Part shown: positions 1 to 13,927 of the stretch, one piece after another
How positions within the stretch are numbered: position 1 is the first letter of the stretch
How the letters are laid out: each line of letters begins with the position of its first letter
Origin: Amoeboaphelidium protococcarum X5
Taxonomy: Eukaryota > Fungi > Aphelidiomycota
DNA length: 64,000 bases
Assembly: GCA_023515725.1 (NCBI GenBank)
Contig: JALDTO010000192.1
Span: 124,001-188,000, forward strand
Direction: 5' to 3'
Position numbers and translations under genes: made by a program
The notes under the pieces: generated by a model
The model's database searches: none
The model's input: the letters and a program-made list of their open reading frames with translations, nothing else
What the model was told of the DNA's origin: nothing

Positions 1-326
1 GAACTCCACAGCAGAAGATGGAACTCACTTTCAAGATGTATGATCTGAACAGAGATGGACGCGTCACTTAGAAGGAGATTGTCAAGTTTTTGGCTCAAAT
101 CTACTCAACGTATTACAATGAAGATCACACTGCTCAAGTGAAGGAAATGGCGAAGCGACTGTTTGATGATCTCGACATTAACGGCGATGGAGAGTTGTCT
201 TTGGAAGAGTACAAGCTGAGTGCATTGAAAGAGCCCATGCTAATGAACTTTGTTGAACAATTCCTTGGCGAAAAGGAGTGGGATGCTAACAACAATGAGT
301 AGTAACTAGTATGCGAAGATGACTGA
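1..326 (+). CDS. EF-hand calcium sensor (neuronal calcium sensor/frequenin/calcineurin-B-like), 5' truncated
   Basis: Table-6 translation ..KMELTFKMYDLNRDGRVT(Q=TAG)KEI..LFDDLDINGDGELSLEEY..: two EF-hand loops. Reads through TAG/TAA at 300-305 to TGA at 324-326. Confidence 0.85.
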
Positions 327-684
327 AATTGTAATTGAATTAAACATGTTTTCATATATATCTTTTTTAAGGTACTGTAGCTTCCTATGTATAGCCTCAA
401 AATTGCCTATAGAATGGCGCGCCACAGCAAGATTACTCTTTCTCTTGAAACAAACACATGGGGCTCTCAAGGACTAAAGTCACTCATTACACACCCGAGA
501 CGCGCGTGAATCCTTTAACAACTCACCAAGCCGAATCATCCCGCAGAATGAAGCACCCCCTGATCACTCACTCCTACTTTGAATCTCGTGACAATACCGT
601 CCTTCAATCTTCTTTTGCTAGTTATTTTTGAAGTGAAATATTATCGTTATACTTTTATCAAATCATCATAAATACCGAGTAATA

Positions 685-909
685 ATGAAGTCTTATATTG
701 TCGTCTTTAAGTAGGGCACCGCTAAAAATACCATCGAATAGGCTGTGGATCAGGTGAAGAAGGAGGGTGGTAAAATTGGTCATCGTTACGACTCTGTGCT
801 ACTTGGCTTTAGCTGTGAGATTCCTGAGCAGTTGACCGACTCCCTCAAGTCTTTGGAAGGTGTCGACTATGTTGAAGAGGATCAGGTTATGACTATTTAA
901 AAAGAATGA
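685..909 (+). CDS. Standalone peptidase inhibitor I9 (subtilisin-propeptide-like, POIA1/PBI2 type), 74 aa
   Basis: MKSYIVVFKQGT..GGKIGHRYDSVLLGFSCEIP..VDYVEEDQVMTI matches the I9 pattern YIVxxK..GF..V.YVE.D..V. Absent from the ORF track because of internal TAG codons. Confidence 0.85.
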
Positions 910-972
910 TCACTCTAAAATCTATATACAATTGGCGTAGAATTCTAACATTTTTTATAATTCATTGATTTC

Positions 973-2514
973 TCAATCTTTTTATACCGGCTCTTAATGT
1001 TACGACTGCTGTTGTTGTAAAAGCTATTGCAATATCTTCTCTATATTGTCTAATCGCTCATCTGTCGTATTAGATTTCGAGGATAACGTTGATTTCTGCA
1101 GGATCTAGGACGACCTCATAGATAGCCGTGGTGTATCATGATCAACGTCAGCACCGTGAGCACTTTCAATATCAGACACGAGACTATTCCGCGAAGATTT
1201 AGTAGTAAGTTTCTTCATTGCAATACCAGCTTTACCATCTACTGCATTATTATCATCAACAACTTCTTCTTCATCATCGTCGTCGCGTTGAATCCACAAT
1301 CCATCTGGAGTCTTATACTTGCTCATCACTGACCACACGGCAATGTAATTTCGACCCACAATGATGGAGGGGAGCGCGATAGAGAGAATACCAAAAGACA
1401 TTGATATGAACGCAACAACCTTACCCCATGCCGTAAGAGGCACCACTTCACCGTACCCAGTCGTGGTCAGAGTTTCAACAATGAACCACATTGACGAGGG
1501 AATAGACATGAAATTGGATTCTATAAAAGGCTCCAGAGATGTGTAAAACTTCTTCTACTCCTGCGAATATGTACCACGCTCAGCAAAGTAAATCAGTGTG
1601 CCCAGACACGTACATATAGTCACAATGAAGAGCATCAAGGCAATCAGAGATTCGGCACTCTTGGCCACAGCAATGAGAAGGACTTCGATAGACAGTTGCA
1701 GCAGAGACTAATACTTGTACACTCTGAACATTCGAAATAAGCGAAATAGACGGAGGATAGAGAATCTCTGAGTCTCCATGTACGGCCTACCGCTGACAAT
1801 AAGTTCAATAAAGAATGGACAGAATGCCAGGATATCAATTATAAACAGTGGACTCTTACAGAAGGACAGAAACTTCTCTAGATTATACGTGTGGCCATAG
1901 AGTCTTACAGCGAATTCCACAGCAAATATTCCCAGTACCACAATCTCTGCATATAGAAAGAACCTCCCCGGAATCGTGTCTTCATTGTTCATGGACGGCA
2001 TAGTCTCAATGATCATTACCAGAGCATTGAGTAGGATAAGTAAGGCGAGTAAAATATTCCAAGAAAAAGCCAGATATGAAGAAGACGGGTCCTCCATTAT
2101 AAGATATGCCCATCGCTTGTATCTGTTCCTGATATAAGCAGCTTCAGAACTCTTAACCATGTACGTGTTGCCGTTATCACTATTACCGTGGCGCGTGTTA
2201 TCCCCACCATCGAGCCGCCAGAATTCATCTTGACTGCTATTTTCAATTAGTCGCCGCTCTTCAGAACGATCGCTGCTATTATTATTATTATAATTATTAA
2301 GCATCATACTCGTACTAGGACGACGATGGGGTTAAGATTATTACTACGCTTGATTATGATCATTGTTAGCTGCCAGAGTCTCGTGGCTGTTCTTGAACTT
2401 GTGAGATTTACGTCTAGCCACTGATGGCTCATTCGCAAGCCCACCACTTTGCACATTTCCTCCATCATAATTATACAAAGGGTCGTCCAATTCCAAATCA
2501 AAATTCTGCTCCAT
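973..2514 (-). CDS. Voltage-gated potassium channel (Kv-like, 6TM), about 513 aa, intronless
   Basis: ORFs 1708-2307 and 1105-1509 are one frame. S4 RFSILRLFRLFRMFRVYKY, pore WFIVETLTTTGYGEVVP, S6 GILSIALPSIIVG. ATG at 2514, TGA at 973. Confidence 0.93.
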
Positions 2515-2693
2515 CTGGTATTATTTTTGATCAGTTTGACTCAAATGCTGTTTATCTTCTCCAGTCAATCAATGTGGTTTTATCAAAAAGAGAAATCACA
2601 AAAAAATATACATCTCTTCGCTTCTTTCACTGTACCAATTGAAAGTCAAATTTAACGCGATTAAAAGACAGTCATCATTATAACAAATAAAAT

Positions 2694-3384
2694 ATGCCAG
2701 CAATTAGGCGCGAAAGAAATGCAGGCAGACAGCTGTCGAACACAATAAGGCAGCCTGATGATTTCGATGACAGCAAGACGAATATCACAATGAACACCAC
2801 AATGTCCATCAGTAAAAAAGAGAAAAGGCGTATGAAGCGCGATCTGTTCATATAGAGTAAGATTTACAGTCTTTCCATAGACACACCTGATAATTATTAA
2901 CACTACCGCCACTCATGTAAATTATGTAGAACTGGAGCCATAGTATGCTTTAATGTAATAGGAGAAGTAGAAGCAAAAGAAGCGATTATCCACAAAAAGT
3001 CAGCCGCTGATGAATGTCGATACTTTGTAAGACGCGTTATATCAGGATGGTATTAGCAGTAGTTTTATAAATTCTAGTAAAGATAAAGAAGTCCAAATTC
3101 CAAGCACTGATATTAAAAGTACGAAATTGACCAAAGATGCTCTGCTGGATTTTGATTAGTAATAGATGGAAGTGGAAATGGCGGTACGACAGAAGATGAA
3201 AGAGTAATCTCATTAGTAGAACCAACCTGCTCCTAAAAATCGCGTCAAGTCTCATAAAGGTCGTTAGAACACACTTAGAAAGGAGTTGGAATAGATGAAG
3301 ATGGTGTATCAGAACGATAGATTCCAGAAGGATCCGGTTGGGTCATTGTAATAACATATAAAGCTGACGGCCAAATACCTGTGA
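2694..3384 (+). CDS. Ribosome biogenesis protein SLX9/FAM207A-like (one intron, 2857-2929)
   Basis: SKKEKRRMKRDLFIQKL near the N-terminus and a C-terminal RKELEQMKMVYQNDRFQKDPVGSLQQHI motif. A GTAAG..TAG intron restores the frame. Confidence 0.7.
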
Positions 3385-3454
3385 TAGATAGATCTCTTAT
3401 ACATTATTACCATTATAATTCGCGTCTCATTTATCATCTTTTGATATAAGTATT

Positions 3455-6400
3455 TCATTATTGCGCTCCCTCCTTGTCGTTATCTCCCACATTGCCCAGA
3501 GATGCACCACTGACAAGGACACTGCTTCCCTGTCCCTCCATGCCTACCAAATAGCTGATATCATCCCACGGATGTCTATACAGGCCCTGCTTTAGACGCT
3601 TCTGGTCGATAAAATGTCCGATGAATCCCAAACTTCTACCCAGAACGAATAGGCCATTCAAAGTGCCAATCTTGATATACTCCTCAGCCTCCTCACGACT
3701 GAATGCACCAGAATGACGGAGAAGATCGACAAAGAGCACGCCAATTGCACCGTCAACATTCAAAATCAGATTGTCCTTCTTGGCGGTCGTAATAAGCTCA
3801 ACTTTACGAGCATAATCCAGGAGGGGAGTCTGCGGGAAAGTTCTTTTGGCGTAATCAGTCAGTATACTAACACGCAAGTCCGGATTAGTCCTGCTCTTGA
3901 TCTTGTGTCCAATGCCCAGGATCAATTTATGCTACTTGCGCAGAGAATCTACAAACTCCTGCGGCGAGAGGCCTTGATCATATGCTGCACTAAATTACTC
4001 TGCAGCTCCATCCAGAGCACCACCAAATCTGTCGCCGATAGTCAGAAGACCAGCTACCAGACTAGACACCAAATCCTTGCCAGCTCTGGCAGTGACGATA
4101 GTATTATGAGCTCCACTGACAGCCGGACCATGATCAGCAGTCAACATCAGCACCATCTCGATGAACTTGGTGGCATATTGCGGCAATCTTCTCTTGAACC
4201 ACAACAAACTCAAAACACCTCCAACTCCAATATCTTCTTCAAACACCTTGGAAATAGGCATTCCTGCATATAACAACTCTTATCCACGATCATCACAGAT
4301 AGTACTAACAAAACTGGCCGGCTTACGTACCAGGCCAAGCTCTTATGCCCAAGCATAATCAATAGGAACTTTAGGCACCTCTGGCTCAGTGAACGGCTTC
4401 ACCAATCCCTTTTCAAGTAGTTGCTTATAAGTCGCCTCTAATGCAGCAGGTAGATCCTCAAATGTCTTTGGCACAATAGCACCAGCTTGGCGTAAAGCAT
4501 CATTTTTGGCCAATGCAGTCTCCAGATTAGAATTTGCCAGAGCACCAGCATGTCCAAACTAGACTTCAGCACCGAACATGTTCGCACACGTACCAATACA
4601 CCATGCCACGACAGGCTTTGTGATTCTACCACTCTTGATAGCCTCAGCCACTTTGTACTCTTCCACACCGCCAACTTCTCCCAGCAGTAATAGCATCTTA
4701 CAGTTAGGATCATCCTGGAATCTAATCAAATGATCAAAGAACGTACTACCAGGATATCGATCACCACCAATGGCAATACCTTCGTAAACTCCATCGGTAC
4801 AGCGTGCAAGCAGATTATTCAGTTCATTACTCATACCACCACTCTTGCTCACATAAGCCACAGATCCAGCACGGTACAACTTACTTCCAATGATATTATC
4901 AATCATACCACCAGTATTACCAATCTTGAAGCATCCAGGCTTAATACCACCCACAGTCGCAGGCCCAATGATAAGGACGCCCTGATCACTGGCAGTCTTC
5001 AAAATCTACTTGGCACGTCTCTCCGGCACACCCTCAGCAATAATGGCAATAGTCTTGAGCTGAGATGAGAACTTCAGCAACTACATTGTGCTGTCATACA
5101 CGGATCTAAACGATGCAAAGTTGATCACTGTATCCACATCAGGGAACTTTTGCACAGCCTCTTCAACACTGGTCATTACGGGAAGAAGCATCTCCTTATC
5201 ACCCCAATAGAATTTCTACACATGAGAACCACCAAAAGGATAAATCATGGCAGCCACGGATGGGGCCTCTCTCTTGCACATGTGGTCAAAGTCCAACATT
5301 CCCTGGACAGCTCGTGGTTACATGCCGTATATGAACGACTTGGTCTACTTGGTGAATGGCTGATACCATGGATGACTCTGCACCGGTGTAGATGGGAAAG
5401 ATGCAATAGGTTGGCTGTAATTCTTATCAGCAGGTGCAAACTCTAGCAATTGGTCCACGCTCTTATTCTTTTTCGTCACCGCACCCGTTGATGTGGAAGA
5501 TTGACCATAGAAAACCTGTTCCGTATAGGAAGATGCGGACTAATTAGCCTGACCTCCCTTCTATGGTGCATTAGAGTCTCCAGAAGTGGACGACTTACCC
5601 AGAGCCATCTCTACAATGGCAGTGATATGCGTCTCGGGTCCATAGACAGCCAGGTCCAAATCCAATTCCTCGCCAACACCACGAATCAACTTCAAACCCT
5701 CCTGCCAATTAGGACCACCTCTTCTAACCCAAATCTTACAACCAACATCCAAAATTCTCTGCTTAAACTCACGCAAAGCGCGTACAATTCCCTTAAAAGT
5801 GGCAGCGACATTTGTGAAATTGGCAATACCACCACCGATCAGTAGTACTTTACTCTCGCTCTTGTGCTTCTACCTAGTCATCAGATCAAGCAGAGTCTTG
5901 GCATACTCATACGTCTGAGTCTCTGACGGAGCACCACTATATTCACCATAATTAGCCAGCTCGTGCGCAAATCCATGAGCAGCAATAGCATCACTATACA
6001 CCACTGATGCACCACCACCAGCCACCATTGTCCATATTCTACCTTCAGGATTCAACACGGTCAACTTCAAAGATGCTCCAGTCTTGGAATCCAATTCTGC
6101 TATATAAGCCTCTTCTGGTGTCAACTCTCTTCCAAAAGGTGCTGGAAAGGTCAAAGATACTGAAGCATTACTGTTATTATTGTTTGGCAACTAGGATTAC
6201 AACTATAGCGGTGATAAAGCTTACGACCAATACTTGCCAGATTCAAATTCTGCAGTCTAATCAATCTTGGCAGCAAGATCCAGATAGATTACCTGAGGAG
6301 GATCCTGTGCAGACTTGGAAGGCAAGAGAACGAGCGGATTAATCTCCAAGTAGGTAAAGTTGAGATCAGCATAAACGGTATGCAATCTGAGAAGGAAATC

Positions 6401-7114
6401 ATACAGCACTGCTCTCTTGTTATCCTACTCCGGAATACCCTTCAACAAATCAGTCACCACCTGATCCTTCATCGATTGAAACTAAACACCGGTAGGAATC
6501 AGCAATTTCTAAGCTTTACTATCCACATCACCAACATCGATACCACCCTTGTCGTAGAAGAAGACGAGATCACCATCCCTGACAGACTAGATGCAGACGT
6601 AGTGTTCAGTCTCTTGAGGGTGAGGCACAAACGGTTCAATAATGAAAGCATTCAGAGTACCGCTAATACCATCGACAGAGATTCTAGTGTCAGCACGTTC
6701 AACAATCCATTACTTTACAGCCTGCCAGTCTAGATTTATACCAAGTAGGCCCAACTTACCACGTCTCTTAATCAGTTGATCAGGCTTAACCACCAACTTC
6801 TCCTAAAGCAACCACGGTTCCTATCGCTCCAGCTGATCAAACAACGGTTACAAGCGAGCTTTCACCTACTCTCTACTTGCACTCTGAGTTGATTAACTCT
6901 TCTACGAGACAGGCTTAGAGTCAGCGGATGGCTTGTAAGAAGTCTTGGGACCAACATCCAACACTACGCGGGCCAACTTACTGGAGCCACTGAATGCACC
7001 ACCAGCACTGAGTTCTTGAGGTTGAGACTACAAGCCAGCAATTGAAGGTGGACACTGCAACCACTTGGCCAACAACTTTTTACCATCATACTCTGTAATC
7101 GCTTTAGCAGACAT
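3455..7114 (-). CDS. ACLY: ATP-citrate lyase, single-chain (both subunits fused), 1219 aa, intronless
   Basis: [79 protein letters not shown]. All track fragments are in one frame; TGA at 3455. Confidence 0.97.
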
Positions 7115-7568
7115 ATTATATTTTCGTTACTATAGTTATTATTATTATGATTATGAACTTGCTAATTGTTGAATGGTTATTATAATGAGGTATAGAACTG
7201 CGAACTTAACGGACAATTTGACGCGAACACCCGAAACGAACGGCGGAGCGGCTGGCTGTAAAATCGATATTGATCGCGAAAGCCACCCACACAGGTCGTT
7301 CATTCTCACTCTAGATGAATTCGTTCTGTTTCGTTAAGGAGAGAGAGACAGACAGAACGTTCTTGAACTCTTTTAGAAATACCGAAAGAACATTCCTAAG
7401 TTGGTTTCAGGACATTTTTCATAAGAGCACATTACTGAGCTTTGAGAAAGTTGTAGCACACGCGTGTACGTACGTATAAAAGCTAGAAATCAAAATGAAA
7501 CAAGCATTAAAGACGCAAATGAATTGATTGCTATTAGTGAAAGACAGCAATTAATGAATAAATGGAAA

Positions 7569-8800
7569 TCACATCACAATCTTTGGCTCAGCAATGTTGA
7601 CAGAGATGGATTTGTGTGGTAAGATAGATCCACCATTGATGTAGAGTTCATCGGCGATTTAGACGTCATCACCGAGCACGGATACACCTTCCACGCGAGT
7701 CCATCTGCCCACTGTGGACTCCCACCCAACGATACTGGAATGGATCCACGCGTGAGACTTTATAGTTGAGTTCTCCATAATGACACACTTTTACAAACGC
7801 ACGCCATCGCCAATTTTCACGTTTGGGCCAATGACAACATTTGGTCCAATTTTACAGTCCTTTCCAATCTGAGCTGATGGATGTACCAGCACTGGACCAA
7901 CTACAGATGCGTGAGAGGAGAGACGCGATGGCTCCTTCTGCTATAGAGAGTTCAGGTACAGACCGGTACCAAGGAGGAAATCACGAGGCTGTCCCACGTC
8001 CATCCAAAATCCATCCAATTCCATAGAGTGAAGCTCACCATCTGCAGCCATCTTTGGAAACACCTCCTTCTCAATAGAGGTTGGACGCAATTCGATACGG
8101 TCCAAAATTTTAGGAGAGAACATGTAAATACCAGCATTAATCTTATTGCTCACATACTCCTGTGGCTTCTCCACAAATCTCTCGATATTAGATGAACCTT
8201 GATGATTGACAACGACACCATACTTGGATGGCTCCTCAACCTTGGTCACCAGGATAGTACCTTCATTACCATGATTCTTATGGAATTTGATCATCTCAGC
8301 AAATGGAAAGTCGCAGATAATGTCACTGTTCAGTACAAAGAACGGTGCACTATCCTTGGTCAAAATCTCACGAGCCAGAGCTAATGGACCAGCGGTACCC
8401 AGAGGCTCAGTTTCAACAGAAAAGGTGATCTTGACACCAAGCTCCTCTTCATAACGCTTCATCTGTGCAACCATCAGCTCCGGTCTGTAATTAACAGCGA
8501 GTACAACATCCTTAACACCAGCCTACACACATTAACTAAGCGATAGATTCAAATACATGATAAATTCATTAATCAATAGGGAGAAAGACATACCTTAACC
8601 AGGGCGGTGATCTGATGCAAAATCATAGGCTCATTAGCAAAAGGTACCAGCGGCTTTGGAACAGTCAATGTCAACGGGCGAAGTCTAGTACCGAAACCTA
8701 CACAAATAATGAGAGAGCATTATTATGATAGTGGGATGACCTAGACTGAGACTGAGACAGACAGATATAACTTACCTCCAACAAGAATTAATGCCTTCAT
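7569..8800 (-). CDS. PSA1: Mannose-1-phosphate guanylyltransferase (GDP-mannose pyrophosphorylase); introns 8698-8775 and 8523-8593
   Basis: MKALILVGG|[44 protein letters not shown], then hexapeptide repeats; ends EPKIVM-TGA. Confidence 0.96.
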
Positions 8801-9405
8801 AGTTTAGTAAATATATATTAAAAAGGTTGAGTATCAAGTATCGAGTAGAAGTGGAGAGTTGACACAGCGATGTTATTAGCAGAAGAGTATAACCAACCAC
8901 GAGCGAGTCGATGAATGAATAGGGCAATACGGCAGTAATAAATGTTTAGCCAAAAAAGGAAATGTTTCCGGGGTGAGAGAGAGAGAGATGTAACCGCCTC
9001 GGCACAAACAAATTTCTTCAACCTGGAGAATGGAGAAAATACTAGGCGAGGATTTGTTTTGAGGACACTTCACGCGCCCTGTCGCGCCGTCACAAGCTTG
9101 GCGTCGCACTGATGAATTGGATTGGTTTCAACGCCTGGCATTAATGCGTCATTCACATACGCGCGTGCTTTGACTTGGATGCATACACGGTAGATCCCAC
9201 TATTGAATAGTGCTCTGTCTATAAAAGCGCTGTTTGGTACCTGCTTGGTTTCCTTTTTGAAGATTTCATACTGTACAAACATCGGCTCCCTTACTTTATA
9301 ACAAACTTTCAGGTCGTCTTGGCAATCAATCGGTCGTCAGGAGTAGTTAGTAAATCACACTTTAACACACTTAGCTACACGCGTTGTAAAGCACTAACGG
9401 TTAAC

Positions 9406-10599
9406 ATGTTAAATGTTGCTCTCATTGGTAGCGGGCTTGTAGGCTCAGCGGTATTTGATCAACTTTTAGCAATTTAAGAAAGTTATAATAATAATGGGTA
9501 GCTGAATAATAACAACTGGTCAATTGTGCCTGCTCTGTAGTCACGTCCCAAGACGCGTTTGGTTCTAGTGGCCAACAGTAAGTCGATTCTCAGTCTAAGT
9601 TCTGACCAAGTTCAATTTACCAAGTCTGCGCTGTCCAACTTGAAAGATTAAAAATAGGTGGATGACCATGTACTGTATGAAAACACTGTTGATAACATAG
9701 TATAATGTATGAGCAAGTTCACCGGCGGTAAAGTGATTGTCGATTGCACCGCTTCCGACACTTTTGGTGATTACTATAGTCAGTTTTTGAGCAGAGGGTG
9801 GCACGTGGTAACTGCCAATAAAAAGGGAATCAGTGGTAAGTGGAATGTATGGAGTGACGTTTTATTATTGAAACAAGGTGATGATGATAATGTGATGCGT
9901 GGTACATTCAAGCATGAAAGTACAGTCGGCGCTGGTCTGCCAGTCATATCCACCCTGAATGATCTACTGGCCACGGGAGATGAGATTATCAAGATTGAGG
10001 GTGTCCTTTCTGGTACGCTGTCTTATGTGTTCAACAAATTCTGTGATACCACCGCGTAAACGTTAAAGTTCTCTGAGATTATCAAAGATGCCAAGTCTAA
10101 TGGATTCACAGAGCCTGATCCTCGCGATGATTTGAATGGTATGGACGTGGGGCGTAAAGTGACTATACTGGCTCGCCTGTGTGGATTGAAGGCGGTGCTG
10201 CCATTGGATGGTGATAAGTAGCTGGAGTCTGATGTAATCCAAGTATCTGTTGCATCTTTAGTACCCGAATCTTTACAGAGTCCTTCAATTACTTCCACCG
10301 AGTTTATGGATCGTCTCGGAGCGGAATTTGATTCAGTAATGTCTGAAAAGAGGCAAAGTGCCACCAAGGATGGTAAAGTTATGAGATACGTTGGTACGGT
10401 GGATGTAAAGTCCAAGTAAGTCTGTACCGAGTTGAAATATTTCCCTAATGATCACCCGCTGGCTTCACTATCCGGGGCTGATAATATGATCATCTTCTGG
10501 ACTAAGCGCTATGGCGATAGTCCTCTAGTTATTAGAGGCTCAGGTGCAGGAGCTTAAGTAACTGCACACGGAGTAGTTGCAGACATTTTAAAATTGTGA
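9406..10599 (+). CDS. HOM6: Homoserine dehydrogenase, 397 aa
   Basis: MLNVALIGSGLVG Rossmann motif, VVTANKK, HESTVGAGLPVI, EGVLSGTLSY, EPDPRDDLNGMDVGRK, RGSGAGA(Q=TAA)VTA. Confidence 0.95.
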
Positions 10600-10673
10600 T
10601 TAAAAAGGATCAATAAGAAAACTTGCGCATATTATAACTAATTTTCATTGACAATCTGATTCAGATAACAGCT

Positions 10674-13118
10674 TCATTTTTCAGCCTTCTTACCCGCTGC
10701 TCCGCCATTGGTTGACCCATTCACCTCCTCCAGATCAATCAGAATATCATTCGCCTTGACACTTCCACCAGGCTTGACACGCACCTTCCTCACTCTTCCG
10801 GCTGCAGTCGTGCGCAAGACATTCTGCATCTTCATCGCCTCCACTACGGCCACCTGACTGCCTTCAATCACAATATCACCTTCCTTTACAGCCACCGATA
10901 CAACTTGACCAGGCATTGGGCTCATCACCATCTTGGATAGATCTAGCTGCTTGATTGGCTTCATAAACTACTTCAATGCCGCTTATTTCTTGGTCAGAAT
11001 GTTAAGATGATACTTGGTGCCGAGATATGACAGCAGCAATCCCTAAGCATTTGAGGCCAAGTATTGGGCCACCTCGTTGTTCTCCTTCTTCTGGGCAATG
11101 TCCTTAACTTTAGCCTCGACAATAGGATACTCTAGCGTCCATGGAGCTTTCACCTTGAACTGCTCACTATCAATGATAATAGTAAATTCAGCCTCAGGAG
11201 ATACTTAAACCACCACATTCTTCGCCTATTATTTCTTGGAGTCTTTGGCACCGTGCTTTGGATCCATATCTCCATTCACCTATACACTTAACTCCCACTA
11301 GGTAGGATATTTCGAGTGAGGACGATTAGTGTCCACAAAGGACCAATCTCTCAAGTCCCTCTGAGCAAATATACAAGCACCAATTGCAATCAACTACTGC
11401 TCTTCTGCTTTTGTCAGATGATGACCTTGGAAACCTTTTGGATACTCCTCAGGCAAGAACTTTGTGGAGATCTTTGAACCATCCAAGAACCGTGGATGCA
11501 CAAGCACTTCTCTCAACAGCGGGATATTGTGAGTGACACCTTTAATTACGTAATGATCAAGAGCCTTCACCATGCCATCAATAGCCTCGCGACGCTCATT
11601 TCCATGAGTGATCAGTTTACAGATGAGCGGATCATAGTACATTGATATCTCACTACCTTCTCTGACACCAGAGTCACAACGAACATTAGGAAACGGCTGA
11701 CCACCGATAAGAGGTGCATCTGGACTGTCAGCGCCCACAGTTGGTTTTGGTTCAATGTACTTGGACAGAGTACCGATGGAGGGTAGAAACTTTGTTGGAT
11801 CCTCAGCGTAGACTCTACACTCCACCGCCCATCCACTAGGCTTCCTAATCTGATCCTGGTTCAGAGCTTCATACACGTAAGGCTTCATACTGCCAGTCTC
11901 TGGATCTGGAATCATTCCCTCATAGCGCTTGGTAAGATCATGCCCTGCAGCCACTCTCAACATCTGCTCGACCAAATCCACACCAGTAATGTACTCAGTA
12001 ATAGGATGCTCCACCTGCAGACGAGTATTCATCTCCAAGAAGTAAAAGTTCTTATTAACATCCACCAGAAATTCCACAGTTCCCGCAGAGAAATAGCCAA
12101 CCTTCTTCGCCAGAGCAACAGCTTACTTGCCCATAGCATCTCTGATCTCCTGAGTCAGGAATGGACTGGGAGCCTCTTCAATGACCTTCTGGTTACGTCG
12201 CTGAATGGAGCACTCTCGCTCCGGGAAGTAAAAGACATTTCCATGCTGGTCGCCCATCAATTGAATCTCAATATGCCTTGGCTGTTCAATAAACTTCTCA
12301 ACCAAAAGTGTTGGATCACCAAAAGAGCTGATCGCCTCATTACGTGCCAACTCAAAACCTTCGCGGACATCCTCATCTGTATATGCAACTCGCATGCCTT
12401 TACCGCCGCCTCCATGGGCCGCTTTGATCATCACTGGATACCCTCCAATAATGTCCTTGGCAATCTAGATGGCATGGTCGGCATCCTTCACAGCTCCAGA
12501 GTATCCCGGGATGGTATTGACTTTGGCCTCGCGCGCAATCTTCTTGCTCGTCAACTTGTCGCCCATCTGATACATGGCACTGTAGGACGGTCCAATGAAC
12601 TTGACGCCCATCTCATTCAGAGCCTTGACAAAGTTGGCATTCTCCGACAAAAACCCATAGCCTCCATGTACAGCATCAGCGCCAGACTCTTTGACTGCGG
12701 CACACACTGCTGGAATGTTCAAGTAACTCTGTGCAGACACTGGAGGCCCGACCCTGTAAGCACCTACATGCAGCGGCGACTAAACAGTGGCATGACGCGC
12801 ATTAACATCAGCATCACTGTATATAGTGGAAGTCTTAATACCCAGTCGGTGAGCAGTCCTTAGTACTCTGAGTGCAATCTCACCTCGGTTAGCGACCAAC
12901 ACATTCTACAAAAGTGGTTTCATTTCAGTGTTCTTCTCACGCTCGCTCAAGAAAGGCAAAGCGCTTGTAGCTCTGTGCTTTCTGTTACGGTCTTGACGAT
13001 GGCTTTTCAATGGCAGAGCGCTTGCTAACTATAATGCGCGGTTTTAACACGAACAAGCGATTCTCAGTGTGTTATCAAGATGGGAAAACGTGTTGAAAAT
13101 GTAGTTCAGTAATTGCAT
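10674..13118 (-). CDS. PCCA: Propionyl-CoA carboxylase alpha subunit (biotin carboxylase plus biotinyl domain); start could instead be 12923
   Basis: [81 protein letters not shown] (PCCA-like), EAMKM biotin site; TGA at 10674. Confidence 0.9.
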
Positions 13119-13280
13119 TATATATTCACTATTTTTTTATCCATATCAATGCATCACAAAAGTCTATAGTTCAAGCTACTCAAATACTACAATTAAATGT
13201 ATAACGCGCCAAGCGATATGATATTACTGCAGAAGCTCTTCAATAAGACTTACAATCGTTGAGACTATTTGCAGGTAGAA

Positions 13281-13927
13281 TCAGATGCCTGTAGAACATC
13301 CCAATAGCAAGACTTTCATAATATCGGCGGCGTTTACGACCAGACAATCATTTTACACCACCCCGCCGACAATTTCAAAGCCCACACAGACCAGATAGAC
13401 ATCTTTTAAGGGTATTTGATGCTACCCGGTCTGTGCGCACTAAAGGAACTCCAAAAATTCAGCAATGTAGTAAGGATTGCCGCTTCCAAAATTATGCGGA
13501 TGGCTCATTCCTATGACTAGAATGTCACCTTTAGAAGGAGCTTGAGCAGATAAATCCGCCGGAATAAAAACGTACGGCTTCCTACTACAGCCAGAGGTTT
13601 TCATCAGCATTGATGCCTCCAACATCCCATTACCGTGGTAATCCCCAACCTTAATAACTACTCTTTCATCCAGGCCAGGGATTAAAGGTCGCACCATAGT
13701 AGTCTTAGAGGTATTACACTTGGTCATTTTGATAATACACTGCTCAGCAGCAGAGATGTCAGGCTCAGACTTAGACCCAGGATTGCTTATTCTGGTCGAA
13801 ATAGCAACCAGAGCCTTCTTTGGAATTGAGATAATATTCACCGGCACACACTTTTGAGATCGAAGTTCAGAGGCGGGGAACTATATCTAGATGCAGACAT
13901 CTCTCCGAACTCTGCCACAGTTGCCGT
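13281..13927 (-). other. Unassigned open frame (about 215 codons), possibly a decayed kinase-like gene
   Basis: Open from about 13927 to TGA at 13281 with no ATG at its 5' end; contains RVVIKVGDYHGNGMLEASML (VxxK..E-like). Confidence 0.25.

Noticed and set aside
405-575. Relatively GC-rich intergenic stretch, possible ncRNA
   Set aside because: No recognisable snRNA/snoRNA boxes or convincing structure by eye; would need an Rfam scan.
11940-12863. Long + strand ORFs opposite PCCA, ACL and the adhesins (e.g. 307 aa here, 154 aa at 36717 and 40373)
   Set aside because: Antisense shadows of well-supported minus-strand genes.
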